Source: Candidatus Eiseniibacteriota bacterium
Lineage (GTDB): Bacteria > Eisenbacteria > RBG-16-71-46 > CAVPCR01
Assembly (NCBI GenBank): GCA_963702435.1
Contig: CAVPCR010000003.1
Coordinates: 256,001-320,000, forward strand
Length of the DNA: 64,000 nucleotides
Direction: 5' to 3'
In this document: piece by piece, positions 30,518 to 44,158 of the stretch
Position numbering within the stretch: position 1 is the first letter of the stretch
Layout: the number at the start of each line of letters is the position of its first letter
The notes under the pieces: model-generated
Database searches by the model: none
Seen by the model: only the letters and a program-made list of their open reading frames with translations
What the model was told of the DNA's origin: nothing
Program-made: the position numbers and the translations under genes

Positions 30518-30593
30518 TGGCGGGCCGTGCTGGGCTCGAACCAGCGCACCCCTGCTTAAAAGGCAGGTGCTCTGCCAACTGAGCTAACGGCCC
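30518..30593 (-). tRNA. tRNA-Lys(TTT)
   Basis: GGGCCGT acceptor stem, TAGCTCAGTTGG D arm, CCTGC-CTTTTAA-GCAGG anticodon arm, GTTCGAG T loop, 3' CCA. Confidence 0.97.
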
Positions 30594-30599
30594 GCAGTG

Positions 30600-30628
30600 A
30601 TTGTGCGGGGAAGGAGGGAGCGCGTCAA
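30600..30628 (-). promoter_or_regulatory. Putative sigma70 promoter of tRNA-Lys
   Basis: TTGACG-N17-CACAAT immediately upstream of the tRNA. Confidence 0.55.
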
Positions 30629-31947
30629 TCGGCGACTGCCGACGCCGTACCGAGCGCCGCGGGATCGCCGAGCCGCACCGTGTCGTCGCGCCGACTCCCG
30701 ACCGAGGCGAGGACCACCGGGACGCCGGTCTCCGCCGCGATGAGATCCAGGTAGTCGCGCGCGGCGCGCGGCAGCTCGCCCGGCGTGCGCGCCCCGCGCG
30801 TGGGCGAACGCCAGCCCGCGACCGCGCGGTAGACCGGACGCGCCGCCGCCAGCTCGACCTCGGGCCACCACGCCCCGCGCGGATCAGGCTCGTAGGCCAT
30901 GCACACCGGAATGGTCTCCATGCCGTCGAGCACGTCGAGCTTGGTCACCGCGAGCGCATCGCAGCCCGACAGCCGCACGGCGCGGCGCAGGCCGACGAGA
31001 TCGAGCCAGCCGCAGCGGCGCGGGCGGCCGGTCGTCGCCCCGAACTCGCCCCCCGCCTCGCGGAGCGCGGCGGCCGCCGCCGGCTCGAGCTCGGTCGGGA
31101 ACGGACCGAGTCCGACCCGGGTCGTGTAGGCCTTCGCGACTCCGATCACGCGATCGATCGCGCGCGGGCCGAGCCCGATGCCGGTCAGCGCGCCGCCGGC
31201 GATCGTGCTCGAGGACGTGACGAAGGGATACGTGCCGTGATCGAGATCGAGGAGCGTCCCCTGCGCGCCCTCGACGAGGACGCGCTGCCCGGCGGCGAGC
31301 GCGCCGGCGACGAGCGCCGAGACATCGGCGACGAGCGGGGCGAGCCGCTTCCCGTGCGCGACGAACTCGGCGTGGAGCGCCTGCGGATCGAGCTCCGCCC
31401 CGGCGGCGCGCACCGCCTCCGGCCCGAGGCGGGCGCCGACCTCGGCCAGGTTCAGGGCGAGGAGCTCGCGCAGGCGATCGGGAACGAGGAGATCCACGAC
31501 CCGGATGCCGCGCCGCGCCGCTTTCCGCGCGTAGGCCGGGCCGATGCCGCGAAGCGTCGTCCCCACGCGTCCCGCTTCGGCCCCCGCCTCATCGGCACGC
31601 TCGATGACGCGGTGGTAGGGCATGATGATGTGCGCCCGCGGATCGATGCGGAGCCGGCTCTCGACCTCGATCCCGTGCCGCGCGAGATCTGCGATCTCCT
31701 GGAGGAGCGCGCTCACGTCGATGACGACGCCGCTCCCGAGCGCACAGGTCTTCCCGGGACGGAGCGCCCCGGTCGGCAGGAGGTGGAGCACGAAGGTCTC
31801 CGTGCCGAGGACGACCGTGTGACCGGCATTCGGACCGCCCTGGCAGCGGGCGACCACGGCGGCATCCTCCGCCAGGAGATCGACGATCTTGCCCTTCCCC
31901 TCATCGCCCCACTGGGCGCCCACGATCACCGTGACCGGCACGCTCAC
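30625..31947 (-). CDS. purA: Adenylosuccinate synthetase
   Basis: GAQWGDEGKGK, GGPNAGHT, GIGPAY, EGAQG.LLD.DHGTYPFVTSS, TTGRPRRCGWLD. Confidence 0.96.
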   Translation of the reverse strand: MSVPVTVIVGAQWGDEGKGKIVDLLAEDAAVVARCQGGPNAGHTVVLGTETFVLHLLPTGALRPGKTCALGSGVVIDVSALLQEIADLARHGIEVESRLRIDPRAHIIMPYHRVIERADEAGAEAGRVGTTLRGIGPAYARKAARRGIRVVDLLVPDRLRELLALNLAEVGARLGPEAVRAAGAELDPQALHAEFVAHGKRLAPLVADVSALVAGALAAGQRVLVEGAQGTLLDLDHGTYPFVTSSSTIAGGALTGIGLGPRAIDRVIGVAKAYTTRVGLGPFPTELEPAAAAALREAGGEFGATTGRPRRCGWLDLVGLRRAVRLSGCDALAVTKLDVLDGMETIPVCMAYEPDPRGAWWPEVELAAARPVYRAVAGWRSPTRGARTPGELPRAARDYLDLIAAETGVPVVLASVGSRRDDTVRLGDPAALGTASAVAD

Positions 31948-31997
31948 CTCGTTCTTGTCTTGCCCATCCGACCGGCGACCGCAAGAGATGGCGGTCG

Positions 31998-33185
31998 CTA
32001 ACCAATAACTGCGCCGGCCGCGGCCCCGGCGGCGACACCGCCGCCCGCCGCGCGCGCGAAGTGGCCGCTCGCCGCCCCCACCGCGGTGCCCGGGGCCGCC
32101 CGGGTGGCCCCGGCGTCGATCAGCACGCGCTCGAGCGCGGCGAGCGCCCCGAAGAGATCGGTCTCGTCGTAGTAGCCGAGATGCCCGAGGCGGAGGATCC
32201 GCCCCTTCATGCTGCCCTGGCCGCCCGCGATCTTGACCCCGAAGCGCGCTTCGAGCTCCTTGCGCACGTGATCTCCGTCGAGCTCCGGAGGGATCGCGAA
32301 CACGGTGACGACGTTCGACGGGCGCTCCGGGAAAATCGCGAAGCCGAGGGCGACGACCGCGCTCCGCGCCGCCGCCCCGAGGCGCGCATGGCGGGCGATC
32401 GCCGCGGCCAGCCCCTCCGCGGCGAGGAGATCGAGCGCCGCGGCGAGGCCGGCGACGAGCGACACCGCCGGCGTGAACGGCGTCGTGCGCTTGCCGAGGG
32501 CGCCGAGCGCGGCGCCCAGATCGAAGTAGAAGCGCGGGAGGTCGCTGGTCGCGAGCCGCTCGGCGGCCGCCGCCGAGAGCGCGACGAAGGCGAGCCCCGG
32601 CGGCAGCATGAAGCCCTTCTGCGATCCCGAGACCACGGCGTCGAGCCCCCACTCGTCCATGCGGATCTCGTGGGCGCAGGCCGAGGTGACGGCATCCACG
32701 GCGACGAGACAGCCGCGGGCGCGGGCCACGCGGGCAAGTCCCTCGAGATCCACGAGCACCCCGGTCGAGGTCTCCGAGTGGGTGAGGAACACGACCCGCA
32801 CCGCGGGATGCGCGGCGAGGAGCGCATCGAGCGCGGCGGGGTCCGGCGCCCTTCCGTACTCGACGTCGAGCGCCACCACGGGAACGCCGTGCGCGGCGAG
32901 GATCTCGCCCCAGCGCTCGCCGAACTTGCCGGCGCGGATGACCGCCGCCGGTTCCGCGCGGCGCGCGAGGTTGACGGCCGCCGCCTCCATGCCGCCCGTC
33001 CCCGAGGCGGCGAGGATGAGGACCGGCCGGGTCGTGCCGAAGATCGGACCCAGCCGCTCCGCGGTCCGCCCGAGAAGCGCCTCGAACTCCGCCGTCCGGT
33101 GATGGAGCGGCGGCTGGGCCATGGCGAGGAGCACCGCGGGCGGCACCTCGACCGGACCGGGCGTGAACAGGCGGCGCTTCAGCAT
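31998..33185 (-). CDS. Class V aminotransferase (alanine-glyoxylate / serine-pyruvate family)
   Basis: LFTPGP, SGTGGMEA, GKFGERW, HSETSTG, DAVTS, GSQKGFMLPPG (PLP Lys). Confidence 0.92.
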   Translation of the reverse strand: MLKRRLFTPGPVEVPPAVLLAMAQPPLHHRTAEFEALLGRTAERLGPIFGTTRPVLILAASGTGGMEAAAVNLARRAEPAAVIRAGKFGERWGEILAAHGVPVVALDVEYGRAPDPAALDALLAAHPAVRVVFLTHSETSTGVLVDLEGLARVARARGCLVAVDAVTSACAHEIRMDEWGLDAVVSGSQKGFMLPPGLAFVALSAAAAERLATSDLPRFYFDLGAALGALGKRTTPFTPAVSLVAGLAAALDLLAAEGLAAAIARHARLGAAARSAVVALGFAIFPERPSNVVTVFAIPPELDGDHVRKELEARFGVKIAGGQGSMKGRILRLGHLGYYDETDLFGALAALERVLIDAGATRAAPGTAVGAASGHFARAAGGGVAAGAAAGAVIG

Positions 33186-33212
33186 GCGGGAGGATCCTCG
33201 GAAGTGGACGGC

Positions 33213-33238
33213 AAAACGGGAGCCCGCGGGGCTCCCGT
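33213..33238 (-). terminator. 10-bp GC stem-loop with short T tail (terminator or 5' hairpin)
   Basis: Minus strand ACGGGAGCCC-CGC-GGGCTCCCGT-TTT. Confidence 0.5.
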
Positions 33239-33244
33239 GACCGG

Positions 33245-33273
33245 AGTGTAGGGGAAGGCACGGCCCCACGCAA
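33245..33273 (-). promoter_or_regulatory. Putative sigma70 promoter for aminotransferase-purA
   Basis: TTGCGT-N17-TACACT. Confidence 0.5.
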
Positions 33274-33331
33274 CGATTCATGACGGGTCAGGACGGGCGG
33301 CCCGCCGGCCACCGCAGGCCGGCGCCCGGAG

Positions 33332-34570
33332 CTAAGCGGCGCTCGAGCCCGCGGCCGCCACCGCCTCGAGGAGCTCGACCTCCATCCGCACCCGCTCCTC
33401 CCACGACACGAAGCGCGCGCGGGCTGCGGCGTGTCCCGCCGCCCCGAGGGCCCGTCGCTCCTCGGGCGCCGCCGCCAGGCGGCCGATGGCGCGGGCGAGC
33501 GCCGGCACATCGCCGGGCGGGACGAGGAGCCCGGTCCGGCCGTCGGCGACGACGCCCGCGGTCGCTCCGGCGTCCATCGCCACGACCGGCAGCCGGCACA
33601 GCATGGCCTCGCAGGTCGGGAGCCCGGCGTTGGTCAGATCATGTGGCGCGACGTAGATGTCGGCGGCGGACATGAGCTCGGGCACCCGGTCGCGATCGAT
33701 GGGCCCGAGGAATCGGACGCGCGACGCGACGCCGAGGCGCGCGGCGAGCGCGCCGAGCGCTGCGCGCTCGACGCCGTCCCCGCCGATGAGCGCGCTCACG
33801 CGCGTCTCGCCCGCCCGCGCGAGGAGCTCGATCGCGGCGATCACGCGATCCACGCGCTTGAGCGGGAGGAGGTTGGCGAGGGTGAGCGTGTAGATCGCGT
33901 CGGGGGCGAGCCCGAGCCGCATGCGGGCCGCGGCGCTCGCTCCGCCGGCGGGCAGGGGGAGCTCGCCCCACTCGACGTTGACGCCGTTCGGCCAGAAGAG
34001 GAGCCGCTCCCGCGGCACGCCGAGCCGGAGCGCCGCCTCGTCACCGCCCGTGCCGTCATCGAGCACGATGACGCGCGCGTAGCGCCGGCGGAACGCGAGA
34101 TAGTGCTCCGCATGGCGCAGGACGTGGAGGAGCCGCGGCTCCCAGCGGGTGTTGAGGAGGAGGACGCCGAAGAACTTGGCGACGACCGGGATCCCGAGCC
34201 GCTCGCCGGCGGCCGCGGCCCACGGTGCGGTGTGGAAGCTGTGCGCGAGGATGAGATCGGGGCGGAGCGACCGCGCCAGCTCGCCGCCGTCGCGCCCGAA
34301 GGCCTGGCGGGCGCGATGGAGATCGCGCAGGCGACCGAGCTGGCCGCGCACCTTGCCGCGGAGCCGGGTGGCCGGATACGGGAGCGGATGGAGATCGAGC
34401 CGGCCCGGCCCTTCGTCCGGAAGCGCGTAGTTCGCCCCGCGCGGGGCGGCGATGTGAACCTCGTGGCCGCGGCGGACGAGGGCGCGGAAGGTCAGATACT
34501 CGTCGGGCACTCCACCCTGCCGGCCCACCTCCCAGAACCCCACCCAGGGAGTCATGACGAGGATCCGCAC
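33332..34570 (-). CDS. Glycosyltransferase family 4
   Basis: LVRRGHEVHI, PNGV, KRVDRVI, GDGVER, GLPTCEAM, TGLLVPPGD. Confidence 0.88.
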   Translation of the reverse strand: MRILVMTPWVGFWEVGRQGGVPDEYLTFRALVRRGHEVHIAAPRGANYALPDEGPGRLDLHPLPYPATRLRGKVRGQLGRLRDLHRARQAFGRDGGELARSLRPDLILAHSFHTAPWAAAAGERLGIPVVAKFFGVLLLNTRWEPRLLHVLRHAEHYLAFRRRYARVIVLDDGTGGDEAALRLGVPRERLLFWPNGVNVEWGELPLPAGGASAAARMRLGLAPDAIYTLTLANLLPLKRVDRVIAAIELLARAGETRVSALIGGDGVERAALGALAARLGVASRVRFLGPIDRDRVPELMSAADIYVAPHDLTNAGLPTCEAMLCRLPVVAMDAGATAGVVADGRTGLLVPPGDVPALARAIGRLAAAPEERRALGAAGHAAARARFVSWEERVRMEVELLEAVAAAGSSAA

Positions 34571-34626
34571 CGACTCCTCCCCCGCGCCGGCGGGTGGTCC
34601 CGCGTCCCGCGGCGCCTCACGGGCTG

Positions 34627-37317
<2,691 letters not shown>

Positions 37318-37400
37318 CCGGAAATCCTTTCACGGGGACTCGAGCGGCGGCCGCCGCGCGCGCAAGGCGCGCGCCGCCGCGGGGCGCCCGGCGTACGGGA

Positions 37401-38665
<1,265 letters not shown>

Positions 38666-38709
38666 GCATCTCCTCGGGTGACCCGTCGTACCGTCGTGCC
38701 GGCGTCCGG

Positions 38710-39313
38710 TTATCGGCCTCGCCTACTTCCGCTTCGTACGATGACCTCGTCGACGAGGCCGTACTCCTTGGCCTCCTCGGCCGACATGAAGAAGTTGCGG
38801 TCGGTGTCCTTCTCGATCTTCTCGAGCGGCTGCCCGGTGTGCCTGGACCAGGATCTCGTTCAGCTTCTCCGCGGAGAGTGAGGATCTCCTTGGTGTAGAT
38901 CTCGATGTCGGTGGCCTGGCCCTGGCTGCCGCCCAGCGGCTGGTGGATCATGATCCGCGAGTTGGGGAGCGCCGAGCGCTTGCCCTTGGCCCCCGCGGCG
39001 AGCAGGAGCGCGCCCATGCGAGGCGGCCTGCCCCATGCAGATGGTGGCGACGTCCGGCTTGATGAACTGCATGGTGTCGTAGATGGCGAGCCCGGCCGAG
39101 ACGATCCCGCCCGGGCGAATGGATGTAGAGGTGGATGTCGCGGTCCGGATCCTCGGCCTCGAGGAAGAGCAGCTGGGCGATGACCAGGTTGGCCACCATG
39201 TCGTCGATCGGCGTGCCGATGAAGATGATCCGGTCCTTGAGCAGCCGCGAGAAGATGTCGTAGGCCCGCTCGCCGCGCCCGGTCTGCTCGACCACGATCG
39301 GAACGAGTGCCAT
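38710..39313 (-). CDS. clpP: ClpP protease subunit (apparent frameshifts)
   Basis: [45 protein letters not shown]. Confidence 0.93.
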
Positions 39314-39465
39314 GGACTCTCCTTCTTCCTTGATCCTGACTCACCACAAGCCCGGGACGCTCGGCCCCGAGCCGCGCCGCGACTCCTCTCGCCCCGGACC
39401 CCCCGTGGCAAGGCGGCGCGACATGGACGACCCCCCGGCCCGCGGCCGGCCGGCAGGGGCTCCCC

Positions 39466-40845
39466 CTATGGATCGTACGGCGTCACGATCCGCTTCCGCT
39501 TGCTCGATTGCTCGACACGCTGCACATCGGCCGTATCTACAAGTAGTTTGAGGACTTTTCGCTCGAGGAGGATGTCCCGCAGGCGCTCCACCCGCTCTGC
39601 CTTCTCTGAACCGGTCACCTCCGGCGCCGGTTCCCCCGACCGCCGTCCCGAACGCTCGAGCCGGCGGTACTCCGCGTCGGCCTCCTCCTGACTCACTTCG
39701 AGACCCCTGGCCTCGGCGAGGGCCGTCACCATGAGCTCGCGCCGGACGTTGGCGACCGCCGCCTCGCGGGCCTCGACGGCCACTCGCTCGCGCGCCGCCG
39801 CATCGAGATCCGGGTAATCGTGGAGGGCGCTCTCGTACATCCGATCGGCCGCCGCGCGCACGAGCCGCTCCGGGATCTCGAGCCTGGCGCCGGCCGCGAG
39901 CCGATCGAGGATCTCGCGCTCGACCGCACGCGTCGCGCGGAGCTCCTCGTCCGCCTCGAGGCGCGCGCGAATGTGGGTACGCAGCCCCGCCAGGTCGGTG
40001 ACGCCGCTCGCACCGGCGAGATTCTGGGCCAGAAGACGCGCGAAGTCATCGTCGAGCGCGGGAACGATCTTCGACTCGACCCGCTTCAACTCGAGCCGGT
40101 GGTAGCGTGCCGCCGCCGCTTCCTGCCCCTCGCCTTCCCGGGGCGGGACCTCTACGATCGCCGACTCCCCGGCGCGCCGGCCGCCCAGCGCGGCGATCCA
40201 CGACTCCGGCACCGCCTCCGGGACGAGCTCGGCGCGGAGGTCCGGCTGGCGGCGGCCGATGATCGGCACCTGCCCCGGTCCAAGCTCCGAGATATCGAAG
40301 GTCACCACATCGCCCGGCGCGGCCGGGCGATCGGCCGGCTCCAGGCGGGCCAGCCGCTCGCGCAGGCTGCCGAGGACCCGATCGACCTCCTCCTCCTCGG
40401 TCGGATGCACCACCTTCTGCACGTGGATCTGCGCGGGATCGCCGGGCTCGATGTGCGGGCGGACATCGACGCGCGCCCGGAAGGTGAGCGGCGCGCCTTC
40501 CTTGTCCTCGACGCGCGACAGCTCGGGTTCGGCGATCGGGTGGAGGTGCTCGTTGCGCATCGCCTCCCACAGCGCCTCGCCGAGCAGCCGCCGCACGACC
40601 TCGGCGCGCACATCGCGCCCGAAGCGCGACTCGACGACCGAGCGCGGCACCTTGCCCTTGCGGAACCCGGGCAGCGTCAGGTCGCGGCGGAGGTCGTCGA
40701 TCGCCGCCGACACCTGGCTCGCCACCTCGTCGGCCGGCACCTCGAGCGTCAAGTCGCGACCGAAGGCATCCTCCTCGCGGATCTCCTTGACGACGACCTT
40801 CATGCGCGGGCTCCTGGCCACATCCTCGGCGGTGGTTGGCTCCAT
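39466..40845 (-). CDS. tig: Trigger factor
   Basis: PGFRKGKVP signature, LDDDFA; canonical tig-clpP-clpX-lon order. Confidence 0.9.
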   Translation of the reverse strand: MEPTTAEDVARSPRMKVVVKEIREEDAFGRDLTLEVPADEVASQVSAAIDDLRRDLTLPGFRKGKVPRSVVESRFGRDVRAEVVRRLLGEALWEAMRNEHLHPIAEPELSRVEDKEGAPLTFRARVDVRPHIEPGDPAQIHVQKVVHPTEEEEVDRVLGSLRERLARLEPADRPAAPGDVVTFDISELGPGQVPIIGRRQPDLRAELVPEAVPESWIAALGGRRAGESAIVEVPPREGEGQEAAAARYHRLELKRVESKIVPALDDDFARLLAQNLAGASGVTDLAGLRTHIRARLEADEELRATRAVEREILDRLAAGARLEIPERLVRAAADRMYESALHDYPDLDAAARERVAVEAREAAVANVRRELMVTALAEARGLEVSQEEADAEYRRLERSGRRSGEPAPEVTGSEKAERVERLRDILLERKVLKLLVDTADVQRVEQSSKRKRIVTPYDP

Positions 40846-40922
40846 GTCTCCTTCGGCTTCCTCTTGGCTCATCATCCGGACGCAGGCCCCAACGGCAGGC
40901 ACCGGCGACTCGCGCGCACGCC

Positions 40923-41007
40923 TGGTGCGAGAGGGGGGACTCGAACCCCCACGGGTCGCCCCACTAGATCCTAAGTCTAGCGCGTCTGCCAGTTCCGCCA
41001 CTCTCGC
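40923..41007 (-). tRNA. tRNA-Leu(TAG)
   Basis: GCGAGAG acceptor, CTAGA-CTTAGGA-TCTAG anticodon arm, long variable arm, GTTCGAG, CCA. Confidence 0.97.
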
Positions 41008-41167
41008 GCGCGAAACACTGGAGCATGGCGCACCGCGGGCGCCGCGGTCAAGGTGAAGTCCGCGCCGGCGAAAAGGCCCCGCTCCGTCGAAAGGACCCCG
41101 CACCGCCGCCCGGCGTGAGGCGTGCGGCGCTGTGCGCCGCAAGCGAGAAAGGTTTCTCGCCGGCCTC

Positions 41168-42244
41168 CTAGCGCGACGCCGTGGCGAAGCTCTCGGCCAC
41201 GAGTTTCGCGAGGAGATCGCCGATCTCGGAGGTCTTCCGCCCGGAGTCGGCGCCGAGGCTCGGCAGGTGGCGCTCGACGAGAGCGCGCCGGATCGCGTCC
41301 TCGACGGCCGCCGCGGCCGCCGACTCGCCGAGGAAAGCGAGCATCATCTGCACCGCTGCGATCGTGGCGAGGGGATTGGCCACGTTCTTCCCCGCGTACT
41401 TGGGCGCCGAGCCGTGGATCGGCTCGAACATCGAGACCCGGCCCGGGTGGATGTTGCCGGAGGCCGCGACCCCGAGCCCCCCCTGGAGCATGGCGCCGAT
41501 GTCGGTCAGGATGTCTCCGAACATGTTGGTGGTGACGACCACATCGAACCACTCGGGGTTCTTGACGAGCCACATGCACGCGGCGTCGATGTAGATGCCT
41601 TCGGTCTTGACGTCGGGATACTCGCGTCCCACTTCGGCGAGCGTGCGCCGCCAGAGGTCGTGGGCGCGCACGGCGTTCGCCTTGTCCACGAGATGGAGCT
41701 GGCGGCGCGGGCGACGGCGAGCGATCTCGAAGGCGTAGCGCACCGCGCGCTCGCAGCCCTTCCGGGTCACGATCATGTCCCCGATCGCGATCTCGTCCGG
41801 GGTGCCCTGCTTGAAGAACCCGCCCACCCCGACGTAGAGATCCTCGGTGTTCTCGCGGACCACGATGATGTCGAGGTCCTCCGGCCGCTTGCCCTTGAGC
41901 GGGCAGAGGTGCTCCGCGTAGAGCTTGATCGGGCGGAGGTTGACGTACATGTCGAGCTTCCAGCGGAGCCCGCCGATCACCGCCCGCTCGACGAGCCCGA
42001 CCTCGACCCGCGGGTCGCCGATCGCCCCGAGGAGCACGGCATCCATGCCCTTGATCTCCTCGAGCACGGAGTCCGGAAAGAGCTCGCCGGTGGCCAGGTA
42101 GTGCTCGGATCCGTGCGGGTACGGGTGGAGCCGGGTCTCGAAGCCCGCGTGCTCGGCGACCACCGCGAGCACCTTGAGGCCCTCCCGCACCACCTCCGGC
42201 CCGATGCCGTCCCCGCCGATGACCGCGATGTCGTAGGTCTTCAT
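41168..42244 (-). CDS. leuB: 3-isopropylmalate dehydrogenase (beta-decarboxylating dehydrogenase family)
   Basis: GDGIGPEV, VNLRP, VRENTE, DKAN, NMFGDILTD, EPIHGSAP. Confidence 0.85.
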   Translation of the reverse strand: MKTYDIAVIGGDGIGPEVVREGLKVLAVVAEHAGFETRLHPYPHGSEHYLATGELFPDSVLEEIKGMDAVLLGAIGDPRVEVGLVERAVIGGLRWKLDMYVNLRPIKLYAEHLCPLKGKRPEDLDIIVVRENTEDLYVGVGGFFKQGTPDEIAIGDMIVTRKGCERAVRYAFEIARRRPRRQLHLVDKANAVRAHDLWRRTLAEVGREYPDVKTEGIYIDAACMWLVKNPEWFDVVVTTNMFGDILTDIGAMLQGGLGVAASGNIHPGRVSMFEPIHGSAPKYAGKNVANPLATIAAVQMMLAFLGESAAAAAVEDAIRRALVERHLPSLGADSGRKTSEIGDLLAKLVAESFATASR

Positions 42245-42308
42245 CGTCCCCCCATCCCCGCCGGCCGGCTCCCGCCGCGCCCCGGAGGGGCGGCTCGTCC
42301 CGCCTAGC

Positions 42309-42818
42309 TCATTTCGCCTTCTTGAGTTCCAGCTTCCGCTTGACGTACGACATGAGGCCGCCGGCCTCCCCGATCTGGCGCGCAAAGGCCGGCAGCTCCC
42401 GGGCCTGCCAGCTCGTGCCGCGGGTCACGTTCCTGATGATCCCGGTGGTCGGATCCACCTCCAGCCGGTCCCCCTCCCGGATCCCGGCCACGGCCTCCGG
42501 CGACTCGAAGATGGGGAGCCCGATGTTGATCGAGTTCCGGAAGAAGATCCGGGCGTAGCCCTTGGCGATGACCGCTCCCACCCCGGCGAGCTTCATCCCG
42601 AGGGGCGCCACCTCCCGCGAGCTCCCGCAGCCGAAGTTCTCCCCCGCGACCACCACGTCCCCCGGCTTCACCTCGTGCCGGAAGGTGTCGGAGAGATCCT
42701 CCATCACGTGCGAGGCGAGCTCCTTCGGATCGATGATGTGGCAGTAACGGCCGGGCATGATGACGTCGGTGTCGACGTTGTCCCCGAAGACCCAGGCGCG
42801 TCCGCTGGTCGCTGACAC
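42309..42818 (-). CDS. leuD: 3-isopropylmalate dehydratase / homoaconitase small subunit
   Basis: DNVDTDVI.P, NFGCGSSRE, ARIFFRN.IN.GLP. Confidence 0.85.
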   Translation of the reverse strand: MSATSGRAWVFGDNVDTDVIMPGRYCHIIDPKELASHVMEDLSDTFRHEVKPGDVVVAGENFGCGSSREVAPLGMKLAGVGAVIAKGYARIFFRNSINIGLPIFESPEAVAGIREGDRLEVDPTTGIIRNVTRGTSWQARELPAFARQIGEAGGLMSYVKRKLELKKAK

Positions 42819-42829
42819 TCCACTCCCTC

Positions 42830-44128
42830 CTACGACGCCTGCCCGGCGCTCGCCGGCGCGGCCACATCCGCCGGGTCGGTGATGACCCCGGTCAACGCGG
42901 TGGCGGCCGCCACCGCCGGATTGGCGAGATAGACCTGGGCCGTCTTGGCCCCCATGCGGCCGACGAAGTTGCGATTGGTGGTCGAGAGGCTCACCTCGCC
43001 GTCCCCGAGGATGCCGTTGTTCCCACCGAAGCAGGGCCCGCAGGTCGGCGGGTTCATCAAGCAACCGGCGGCGATGAGATCGGTGACGATGCCTTCCCGC
43101 GCCGCCTCGAGGTAGACCCGCTGGCTCCCCGGGAAGACGATCACCTTGATGCGCGGATCGGTCTGCTTGCCGCGAAGAATCTGGTGGACGACCCGGAGAT
43201 CCTCGATCCGCCCGTTGGTGCACGAGCCGATCGTGACCTGGTCGACGCGGGTCCCCGCCACCTCGCGCACGTCCACCACGTTCGACGGCATGAACGGCTT
43301 CGCCACCTGCGGCCGGATCGGCGTCATGTCGAGCTCGATCTCGCGCGCGTAGCGGGCCCCGGGATCCGGCGCCACGGTCGTGAAGGGGCGCGCCGTCCGC
43401 GCCCGCACGAAGGCCGCGGTGGCCTGGTCCGCGGCGAAGATCGCAGTCTTCGCTCCCGACTCGGCCGCCATGTTGGAGATGGTCAGGCGGTCGACGACGG
43501 TCAGGTTCGAAAGCCCCGGTCCGCCGTACTCGAGCACCTGGTAGCTGGCCCCCGAGATCCCGATCCGCCCGATGAGCGTGAGAACGACGTCCTTCCCCGA
43601 GACCCAGGGGCCGAGCGTGCCCTTGAGCGTGACCCGGATCGACTCGGGCACGCGGAGCCAGAGCTCACCGGTGGCCATGACCGCCGCCACGTCGGTGTGG
43701 CCGATGCCGACCGCGAAGCAGTTGAGAGCGCCGTAGGTGCAGGTGTGCGAGTCGCCCCCCGCGATCAGCTCGCCGGGCGCACACAAACCCTCGTCGGGCA
43801 CGAGCACGTGCTGGATGCCGCCCCGCCCCATCTCGTAGTAGCGGGTCCCGTGGTGCTCGGCGAAGAGCTTGACACCGCGCGCGTTGTTCGCCGAGAGGAT
43901 GTCCCGGTTCGGCACCAGGTGGTCCGGGATCAGGCACACCTTCTCGGGATCGAAGACCTCGTCGATGCCGGCCTTCTCGAGCTCGCGGATCGCCATGATG
44001 CCGGAGAGGTCGGAGGCGGTGACGAGATCCACCTGGGCCTCGAGGATCTCCCCGGGCGTGACGTGGTCGCGCCCTGCGTGGCGGGCGATGATCTGCTCGG
44101 CAATCGTCATCGGATGCTCTTGTGCCAT
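42830..44128 (-). CDS. leuC: 3-isopropylmalate dehydratase / homoaconitase large subunit
   Basis: DSHTCTYGA, GSCTNGR, CGPC.G, STTNRNFVGRMG. Confidence 0.85.
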   Translation of the reverse strand: MAQEHPMTIAEQIIARHAGRDHVTPGEILEAQVDLVTASDLSGIMAIRELEKAGIDEVFDPEKVCLIPDHLVPNRDILSANNARGVKLFAEHHGTRYYEMGRGGIQHVLVPDEGLCAPGELIAGGDSHTCTYGALNCFAVGIGHTDVAAVMATGELWLRVPESIRVTLKGTLGPWVSGKDVVLTLIGRIGISGASYQVLEYGGPGLSNLTVVDRLTISNMAAESGAKTAIFAADQATAAFVRARTARPFTTVAPDPGARYAREIELDMTPIRPQVAKPFMPSNVVDVREVAGTRVDQVTIGSCTNGRIEDLRVVHQILRGKQTDPRIKVIVFPGSQRVYLEAAREGIVTDLIAAGCLMNPPTCGPCFGGNNGILGDGEVSLSTTNRNFVGRMGAKTAQVYLANPAVAAATALTGVITDPADVAAPASAGQAS

Positions 44129-44158
44129 GCTCAGTCTCCGGGAAACGGCGTGCCCGAT

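Noticed and set aside
30045..30593. Integrated element at tRNA-Lys (or at tRNA-Leu)
   Set aside because: No integrase and no duplicated tRNA 3' end seen; the flanks are ordinary chromosomal genes.
30625..33510. 961-aa ORF suggesting a PurA fusion
   Set aside because: The upstream part is an alternative frame over the aminotransferase gene; PurA begins at about 31947.
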